Source of the DNA: Nemertoderma westbladi
Taxonomy: Eukaryota > Animalia > Xenacoelomorpha
DNA length: 64,000 nucleotides
Direction of reading: 5' to 3'
Assembly (NCBI GenBank): GCA_032718475.1
Contig: JAUCBJ010000176.1
Span: 22,758 to 86,757, forward strand
A program made the translations under genes and the position numbers. Numbering within the stretch: the stretch's first letter is position 1; each line of letters begins with the position of its first letter. Under the pieces are notes generated by a model, which was given only the letters and a program-made list of their open reading frames with translations, ran no database searches and was not told the origin of the DNA. Of the stretch, positions 55,207-64,000 are shown piece by piece.

Positions 55207-58200
55207 CTAGAATGCTATGGTGTACGCGGGCTCCGTCTAAAACTATAAACTAGAATGATATGGTGTACGCGGGCTCCGTCTAAAACTATAAACTAGAATG
55301 CTATGGTGTACGCGGGCTCCGTCTAAAACTATAAACTAGAATGCTAGGGTGTACGCGGGCTCCGTCTAAAACTATAACTTAGAATGCTAGGGTGTACGCG
55401 GGCTCCATCTAAAACTATAAACTAGAATGCTATGGTGTACGCGGGCTCCGTCTAAAACTATAAACTAGAATGCTATGGTGTACGCGGGCTCCGTCTAAAA
55501 CTATAAACTAGAATGCTAGGGTGTACGCGGGCTCCGTCTAAAACTATAAACTATAATGCTATGGTGTACGCGGGCTCCGTCTAAAACTATAAACTAGAAT
55601 GCTAGGGTGTACGCGGGCTCCGTCTAAAACTATAAACTATAATGCTATGGTGTACGCGGGCTCCGTCTAAAACTATAAACTAGAACGCTAGGGTGTACGC
55701 GGGCTCCGTCTAAAACTATAAACTAGAATGCTATGGTGTACGCGGGCTCCGTCTAAAACTATAAACTAGAATGCTAGGGTGTACGCGGGCTCCGTCTAAA
55801 ACTATAAACTAGAATGCTAGGGTGTACGCGGGCTCCGTCTAAAACTATAAACTAGAATGCTATGGTGTACGCGGGCTCCGTCTAAAACTATAAACTAGAA
55901 TGCTAGGGTGTACGCGGGCTCCGTCTAAAACTATAAACTAGAATGCTATGGTGTACGCGGGCTCCGTCTAAAACTATAAACTAGAATGCTAGGGTGTACG
56001 CGGGCTCCGTCTAAAACTATAAACTAGAATGCTATGGTGTACGCGGGCTCCGTCTAAAACTATAAACTATAATGCTAGGGTGTACGCGGGCTCCGTCTAA
56101 AACTATAAACTATAATGCTAGGGTGTACGCGGGCTCCGTCTAAAACTATAAACTAGAATGCTAGGGTGTACGCGGGCTCCGTCTAAAACTATAAACTAGA
56201 ATGCTATGGTGTACGCGGGCTCCGTCTAAAACTATAAACTAGAATGCTAGGGTGTACGCGGGCTCCGTCTAAAACTATAAACTAGAATGCTATGGTGTAC
56301 GCGGGCTCCGTCTAAAACTATAAACTAGAATGCTAGGGTGTACGCGGGCTCCGTCTAAAACTATAAACTAGAATGCTAGGGTGTACGCGGGCTCCGTCTA
56401 AAACTATAAACTAGAACGCTAGGGTGTACGCGGGCTCCGTCTAAAACTATAAACTAGAATGCTAGGGTGTACGCGGGCTCCGTCTAAAACTATAAACTAG
56501 AATGCTATGGTGTACGCGGGCTCCGTCTAAAACTATAAACTAGAATGCTAGGGTGTACGCGGGCTCCGTCTAAAACTATAAACTAGAATGCTATGGTGTA
56601 CGCGGGCTCCGTCTAAAACTATAAACTAGAATGCTAGGGTGTACGCGGGCTCCGTCTAAAACTATAAACTAGAATGCTATGGTGTACGCGGGCTCCGTCT
56701 AAAACTATAAACCAGAATGCTAGGGTGTACGCGGGCTCCGTCTAAAACTATAAACTAGAATGCTAGGGTGTACGCGGGCTCCGTCTAAAACTATAAACTA
56801 GAATGCTAGGGTGTACGCGGGCTCCGTCTAAAACTATAAACTAGAATGCTAGGGTGTACGCGGGCTCCGTCTAAAACTATAAACTAGAATGCTAGGGTGT
56901 ACGCGGGCTCCGTCTAAAACTATAAACTAGAATGCTATGGTGTACGCGGGCTCCGTCTAAAACTATAAACTAGAATGCTAGGGTGTACGCGGGCTCCGTC
57001 TAAAACTATAAACTAGAATGCTATGGTGTACGCGGGCTCCGTCTAAAACTATAAACTAGAATGCTAGGGTGTACGCGGGCTCCGTCTAAAACTATAAACT
57101 AGAATGCTAGGGTGTACGCGGGCTCCGTCTAAAACTATAAACTAGAATGCTAGGGTGTACGCGGGCTCCGTCTAAAACTATAAACTAGAATGCTATGGTG
57201 TACGCGGGCTCCGTCTAAAACTATAAACTAGAATGCTAGGGTGTACGCGGGCTCCGTCTAAAACTATAAACTAGAATGCTATGGTGTACGCGGGCTCCGT
57301 CTAAAACTATAAACTAGAATGCTAGGGTGTACGCGGGCTCCGTCTAAAACTATAAACTAGAATGCTATGGTGTACGCGGGCTCCGTCTAAAACTATAAAC
57401 TAGAATGCTAGGGTGTACGCGGGCTCCGTCTAAAACTATAAACTAGAATGCTATGGTGTACGCGGGCTCCGTCTAAAACTATAAACTAGAATGCTATGGT
57501 GTACGCGGGCTCCGTCTAAAACTATAAACTAGAATGCTAGGGTGTACGCGGGCTCCGTCTAAAACTATAAACTAGAATGCTATGGTGTACGCGGGCTCCG
57601 TCTAAAACTATAAACTAGAATGCTAGGGTGTACGCGGGCTCCGTCTAAAACTATAAACTAGAATGCTATGGTGTACGCGGGCTCCGTCTAAAACTATAAA
57701 CTAGAATGCTAGGGTGTACGCGGGCTCCGTCTAAAACTATAAACTAGAATGCTAGGGTGTACGCGGGCTCCGTCTAAAACTATAAACTAGAATGCTAGGG
57801 TGTACGCGGGCTCCGTCTAAAACTATAAACTAGAATGCTAGGGTGTACGCGGGCTCCGTCTAAAACTATAAACTAGAATGCTAGGGTGTACGCGGGCTCC
57901 GTCTAAAACTATAAACTAGAATGCTAGGGTGTACGCGGGCTCCGTCTAAAACTATAAACTAGAATGCTAGGGTGTACGCGGGCTCCGTCTAAAACTATAA
58001 ACTAGAATGCTATGGTGTACGCGGGCTCCGTCTAAAACTATAAACTAGAATGCTAGGGTGTACGCGGGCTCCGTCTAAAACTATAAACTAGAATGCTAGG
58101 GTGTACGCGGGCTCCGTCTAAAACTATAAACTAGAATGCTAGGGTGTACGCGGGCTCCGTCTAAAACTATAAACTAGAATGCTATGGTGTACGCGGGCTC

Positions 58201-61140
58201 CGTCTAAAACTATAAACTAGAATGCTAGGGTGTACGCGGGCTCCGTCTAAAACTATAAACTAGAATGCTAGGGTGTACGCGGGCTCCGTCTAAAACTATA
58301 AACTAGAATGCTATGGTGTACGCGGGCTCCGTCTAAAACTATAAACTAGAATGCTAGGGTGTACGCGGGCTCCGTCTAAAACTATAAACTAGAATGCTAG
58401 GGTGTACGCGGGCTCCGTCTAAAACTATAAACTAGAATGCTAGGGTGTACGCGGGCTCCGTCTAAAACTATAAACTAGAATGCTATGGTGTACGCGGGCT
58501 CCGTCTAAAACTATAAACTAGAATGCTAGGGTGTACGCGGGCTCCGTCTAAAACTATAAACTAGAATGCTATGGTGTACGCGGGCTCCGTCTAAAACTAT
58601 AAACTAGAATGCTAGGGTGTACGCGGGCTCCGTCTAAAACTATAAACTAGAATGCTATGGTGTACGCGGGCTCCGTCTAAAACTATAAACTAGAATGCTA
58701 GGGTGTACGCGGGCTCCGTCTAAAACTATAAACTAGAATGCTAGGGTGTACGCGGGCTCCGTCTAAAACTATAAACTAGAATGCTATGGTGTACGCGGGC
58801 TCCGTCTAAAACTATAAACTAGAATGCTATGGTGTACGCGGGCTCCGTCTAAAACTATAAACTAGAATGCTAGGGTGTACGCGGGCTCCGTCTAAAACTA
58901 TAAACTAGAATGCTAGGGTGTACGCGGGCTCCGTCTAAAACTATAAACTAGAATGCTAGGGTGTACGCGGGCTCCGTCTAAAACTATAAACTAGAATGCT
59001 AGGGTGTACGCGGGCTCCGTCTAAAACTATAAACTAGAATGCTAGGGTGTACGCGGGCTCCGTCTAAAACTATAAACTAGAATGCTAGGGTGTACGCGGG
59101 CTCCGTCTAAAACTATAAACTAGAATGCTATGGTGTACGCGGGCTCCGTCTAAAACTATAAACTAGAATGCTAGGGTGTACGCGGGCTCCGTCTAAAACT
59201 ATAAACTAGAATGCTAGGGTGTACGCGGGCTCCGTCTAAAACTATAAACTAGAATGCTATGGTGTACGCGGGCTCCGTCTAAAACTATAAACTAGAATGC
59301 TAGGGTGTACGCGGGCTCCGTCTAAAACTATAAACTAGAATGCTAGGGTGTACGCGGGCTCCGTCTAAAACTATAAACTAGAATGCTATGGTGTACGCGG
59401 GCTCCGTCTAAAACTATAAACTAGAATGCTATGGTGTACGCGGGCTCCGTCTAAAACTATAAACTAGAATGCTAGGGTGTACGCGGGCTCCGTCTAAAAC
59501 TATAAACTAGAATGCTATGGTGTACGCGGGCTCCGTCTAAAACTATAAACTAGAATGCTAGGGTGTACGCGGGCTCCGTCTAAAACTATAAACTAGAATG
59601 CTAGGGTGTACGCGGGCTCCGTCTAAAACTATAAACTAGAATGCTATGGTGTACGCGGGCTCCGTCTAAAACTATAAACTAGAATGCTAGGGTGTACGCG
59701 GGCTCCGTCTAAAACTATAAACTAGAATGCTAGGGTGTACGCGGGCTCCGTCTAAAACTATAAACTAGAATGCTAGGGTGTACGCGGGCTCCGTCTAAAA
59801 CTATAAACTAGAATGCTATGGTGTACGCGGGCTCCGTCTAAAACTATAAACTAGAATGCTAGGGTGTACGCGGGCTCCGTCTAAAACTATAAACTAGAAT
59901 GCTATGGTGTACGCGGGCTCCCTCTAAAACTATAAACTAGAATGCTAGGGTGTACGCGGGCTCCGTCTAAAACTATAAACTAGAATGCTAGGGTGTACGC
60001 GGGCTCCGTCTAAAACTATAAACTAGAATGCTATGGTGTACGCGGGCTCCGTCTAAAACTATAAACTAGAATGCTAGGGTGTACGCGGGCTCCGTCTAAA
60101 ACTATAAACTAGAATGCTAGGGTGTACGCGGGCTCCGTCTAAAACTATAAACTAGAGTGCTATGGTGTACGCGGGCTCCGTCTAAAACTATAAACTAGAA
60201 TGCTAGGGTGTACGCGGGCTCCGTCTAAAACTATAAACTAGAATGCTAGGGTGTACGCGGGTTCCGTCTAAAACTATAAACTAGAATGCTAGGGTGTACG
60301 CGGGCTCCGTCTAAAACTATAAACTAGAGTGCTATGGTGTACGCGGGCTCCGTCTAAAACTATAAACTAGAATGCTAGGGTGTACGCGGGTTCCGTCTAA
60401 AACTATAAACTAGAATGCTAGGGTGTACGCGGGCTCCGTCTAAAACTATAAACTAGAATGCTATGGTGTACGCGGGCTCCCTCTAAAACTATAAACTAGA
60501 ATGCTAGGGTGTACGCGGGCTCCGTCTAAAACTATAAACTAGAATGCTATGGTGTACGCGGGCTCCGTCTAAAACTATAAACTAGAATGCTAGGGTGTAC
60601 GCGGGCTCCGTCTAAAACTATAAACTAGAATGCTAGGGTGTACGCGGGCTCCGTCTAAAACTATAAACTAGAGTGCTATGGTGTACGCGGGCTCCGTCTA
60701 AAACTATAAACTAGAATGCTAGGGTGTACGCGGGTTCCGTCTAAAACTATAAACTAGAATGCTAGGGTGTACGCGGGCTCCGTCTAAAACTATAAACTAG
60801 AATGCTATGGTGTACGCGGGCTCCCTCTAAAACTATAAACTAGAATGCTAGGGTGTACGCGGGCTCCGTCTAAAACTATAAACTAGAATGCTAGGGTGTA
60901 CGCGGGCTCCGTCTAAAACTATAAACTAGAATGCTATGGTGTACGCGGGCTCCGTCTAAAACTATAAACTAGAATGCTATGGTGTATGCGGGCTCCGTCT
61001 AAAACTATAAACTATAATGCTATGGTGTACGCGGGTTCCGTCTAAAACTATAAACTAGAATGCTAGGGTGTACGAGGGCTCCGTCTAAAACTATAAACTA
61101 GAATGCTAGGGTGTACACGGGCTCCGTCTAAAACTATAAA
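55207..61140 (+). repeat. 43-bp tandem array, 138 copies: CTAGAATGCTA(T/G)GGTGTACGCGGGCTCCGTCTAAAACTATAAA
   Basis: Period 43 (55207 to 55250); span 5934 bp = 138 x 43. Copies are near-identical, with one common T/G dimorphism. The unit encodes LECYGVRGLRLKL in frame with the upstream RT remnant. Confidence 0.98.
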
Positions 61141-61404
61141 ACTCCTATCTACTCCCCCTCCTCTCCCACTGCTCCTCTTTACCCCCCCTCCTCTCCCACT
61201 GCTCCTCTCTACTCCCCCTCCTCTCCCACTGCTCCTCTCTACTCCCCCTCCTCTCCCACTGCCCCTCTCTACTCCCCCTCCTCTCCCACTGCTCCTCTCT
61301 ACTCCCCCTCCTCTCCCACTGCTCCTCTCTACTCCCCCTCCTCTCCCACTGCCCCTCTCTACTCCCCCTCCTCTCCCACTGCTCCTCTCTACTCCCTCTC
61401 CTCT
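61141..61404 (+). repeat. 30-bp pyrimidine-rich minisatellite GCTCCTCTCTACTCCCCCTCCTCTCCCACT, ~8.8 copies
   Basis: Period 30 is seen directly. In the RT frame the unit reads [10 protein letters not shown], and the last copy runs into CGLPQGG. Confidence 0.95.
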
Positions 61405-61590
61405 GTGGGCTCCCACAAGGAGGAGTACTCTCTCCCGTACTTTTCCTCCTTTATATTAATGATCTACCTAATGCCACCCCTACTATTGTTGTACAACAAT
61501 ATAACTCATCTAACTAATAATATTAATTCTGAATTAAATAACGTTGCTGATTGGCTGATTGAAAATCGTCTATAACTAAATCTAAAAAAA

Positions 61591-61807
61591 ACTGAAACCA
61601 CTGTATTATAACTGAAACCACTGTATTATAACTGAAACCACTGTATTATAACTGAAACCACTGTATTATAACTGAAACCACTGTATTATAACTGAAACCA
61701 CTGTATTATAACTGAAACCACTGTATTATAACTGAAACCACTGTATTATAACTGAAACCACTGTATTATAACTGAAACCACTGTATTATAACTGAAACCA
61801 CTGTATT
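61591..61807 (+). repeat. 20-bp minisatellite ACTGAAACCACTGTATTATA, ~10.9 perfect copies
   Basis: Ten identical full copies plus a 17-bp partial. The unit covers the TETTV residues that follow LNLKK in the RT remnant. Confidence 0.97.
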
Positions 61808-62169
61808 TTCCAACGTAATAAAAAATCCCCAGGACATACCCAGATTAAAAATTAACAACCAAAATATAACACTTACAAATAGTACTATAAATTAAACTGG
61901 CAAACACAAAAAATTTTTTTATAAAACTGCCGGTTTATTTTACAAACTACGTCATATATTCCTATTATTCATCATTAAGCAACGAATTTCACTCGAATTC
62001 ATCCCCATCTCTATTACGGTATTATACTATGGGGTAATGCGCATTCTACTACACGAAGTGGGGCCTTCGCGCAGCACGTGACTTAAATTTAATTTAAGTA
62101 CTAATTCGAAAGTATTACTGCATTAGCAAATTTTAAGCAGATTTCGCCTAATCACTTTTTACCTCTTTC

Positions 62170-62534
62170 ATTTCTATTCAGACATTTCTGACTCTAGCGG
62201 TATAGTGAGAACTGAAGATGGATTAGGGTCTCCAGCCCCACAAAGACACAGCCTATGGATGAATAGTACATACGTACATCGGCCAAGTTTCATCTTGAAT
62301 AACGGATAACGAAATGAGAGACGGATCTCACTTTCAGAAATTTCGTCGTATAGCGGCAGACCGATTAAATCTCCCCCCCCCCCCCCCCCCCCCACAAAGA
62401 CGCAGCATGTGGTCCAGAATATATGGCAAGATTCAGCGTAAACTGATTAAAATCAATGAGACGGGAGAATCTATTCACTTTCAGGCATAAAGTAGTCCTA
62501 TAGCGGGTGACTGTTGAACTGATTTTCAACAAAA
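62170..62534. repeat. Diverged edge copies of the subrepeats of the 315-bp satellite, with a poly-C tract at 62373-62393
   Basis: Degenerate matches to the downstream unit: TTCAGACATTTCTGACTCTAGCGG, GAGAACTGAAGATGGATT, GCCAAGTTTCATCTT, TCACTTTCAGAAATTTCGTCGTATAGCGGCAGAC, TCACTTTCAGGCA...CCTATAGCGG. Confidence 0.75.
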
Positions 62535-64000
62535 CAAATTTTCAACTTGGCAGCTTTAAATTCGACAAAGTTATAAGCATGTCAATATCATAACGACGAC
62601 AACGATTTCACTTTCAGACATTTGGCCCTCTAGCGGCAGACTGGAGAACTGCAGATGGATTCGCCTCCTTTGAAAGTCACAGCTAATGGTCTAATACATA
62701 TCTGCCAAGTTTCAGCTTAAACGGATTAAAAGCAAAGAAATGGGAGGGCATTTAATGTTTAGACATGTGGCCCTCTAGCGGGAGACCATTGCACTGATGG
62801 TGTCTGAAAGTCTCTCAAAAATCTCAACTTTAGCTCATATTGATACCTACAAAATTTCAACTTGGCAGCTTTAAATCCGACAAAGTTATTAGCATGTCAA
62901 AATCGTAACGACGACAACGATTTCACTTTCAGACCTTTGGCCCTCTAGCGGCAGACTGGAGAACTGCAGATGGATTCGCCTCCTTTGAAAGTCACAGCTA
63001 ATGGTCTAATACATATCTGCCAAGTTTCAGCTTAAACGGATTAAAAGCAAAGAAATGGGAGGGCATTTAATGTTTAGACATGTGGCCCTCTAGCGGGAGA
63101 CCATTGCACTGATGGTGTCTGAAAGTCTCTCAAAAATCTCAACTTTTGCTCATATTGATACCTACAAATTTTCAACTTGGCAGCTTTAAATCCGACAAAG
63201 TTATTAGCATGTCAAAATCGTAACGACGACAACGATTTCACTTTCAGACCTTTGGCCCTGTAGCGGCAGACTGGAGAACTGCAGATGGATTCGCCTCCTT
63301 TGAAAGTCACAGCTAATGGTCTAATACATATCTGCCAAGTTTCAGCTTAAACGGATTAAAAGCAAAGAAATGGGAGGGCATTTAATGTTTAGACATGTGG
63401 CCCTCTAGCGGGAGACCATTGCACTGATGGTGTCTGAAAGTCTCTCAAAAATCTCAACTTTAGCTCATATTGATACCTACAAAATTTCAACTTGGCAGCT
63501 TTAAATCCGACAAAGTTATTAGCATGTCAAAATCGTAACGACGACAACGATTTCACTTTCAGACCTTTGGCCCTCTAGCGGCAGACTGGAGAACTGCAGA
63601 TGGATTCGCCTCCTTTGAAAGTCACAGCTAATGGTCTAATACATATCTGCCAAGTTTCAGCTTAAACGGATTAAAAGCAAAGAAATGGGAGGGCATTTAA
63701 TGTTTAGACATGTGGCCCTCTAGCGGGAGACCATTGCACTGATGGTGTCTGAAAGTCTCTCAAAAATCTCAACTTTTGCTCATATTGATACCTACAAATT
63801 TTCAACTTGGCAGCTTTAAATCCGACAAAGTTATTAGCATGTCAAAATCGTAACGACGACAACGATTTCACTTTCAGACCTTTGGCCCTGTAGCGGCAGA
63901 CTGGAGAACTGCAGATGGATTCGCCTCCTTTGAAAGTCACAGCTAATGGTCTAATACATATCTGCCAAGTTTCAGCTTAAACGGATTAAAAGCAAAGAAA
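62535..64000. repeat. 315-bp tandem repeat (at least 4.6 copies, runs off the right edge) with an alternating 630-bp higher-order dimer
   Basis: CTGGAGAACT recurs at 62641, 62956, 63271, 63586 and 63901. The variants CTTTAGCT/CTTTTGCT, AAAATTTC/AAATTTTC and CCCTCTAGC/CCCTGTAGC alternate between successive units. Confidence 0.96.

Larger units (their letters stand above)
55049..62056 (+). pseudogene. Decayed LINE reverse-transcriptase remnant (CR1/L2-group-like), split by three tandem arrays made of its own sequence
   Basis: Manual translation gives: YGFRPK (55049); frameshift; HALLSVIEKIHKALDQKHTTCAIYIDPKKAFDTINYKILLNTLECYGVRGLRLKL (from 55081); [43-bp array]; *NSYL; [30-bp array]; [30 protein letters not shown] (from 61404); [29 protein letters not shown]; [20-bp array]; QIKINNQNITLTNST; KLNWQT; KTAGLFYKLRH; IHPHLYYGIILWGNAHST. 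These are collinear non-LTR RT motifs with stops, frameshifts and deletions. Confidence 0.9.

Noticed and set aside
61063-61459. ORFs 61063..61416 (-, [10 protein letters not shown]) and 61103..61459 (+, [10 protein letters not shown])
   Set aside because: These are off-frame translations of the 30-bp minisatellite. The meaningful frame is the RT frame leading to CGLPQGG.
62174-62395. 73-aa minus-strand ORF beginning MGGGGGGG
   Set aside because: It comes from the poly-C tract and diverged satellite sequence.

Overview
This looks like repeat-rich eukaryotic (probably invertebrate animal) DNA. Bases 1-51224 are one strand-asymmetric satellite array of 26/31/32-bp monomers (GAGACAAAAC[CAGAAC|GAGAAC|GAAAC|-]GAGATAGGTCGGGGTT) with nested kb-scale internal duplications. 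The many minus-strand ORFs there are artefacts of the repeat. A ~4-kb non-tandem island follows. It holds a possible host exon, the 3' end of an RTE-type LINE on the minus strand, and a 5'-truncated but uninterrupted non-LTR reverse-transcriptase ORF (52902-54449, YADD, Cys/His C-terminus, candidate TSD). The main observation is a second, decayed LINE RT at 55049-62056 that the ORF track misses. It can be read in motif order across ~7 kb. Three pieces of its own coding sequence have been amplified in place into tandem arrays (43 bp x138, 30 bp x~8.8, 20 bp x~10.9), and the catalytic xADD and the LG motifs appear to be deleted. The window ends in a 315-bp satellite (630-bp dimer) with two CTCF-like motifs per unit. 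No database searches were run, so family assignments rest on motif recall.
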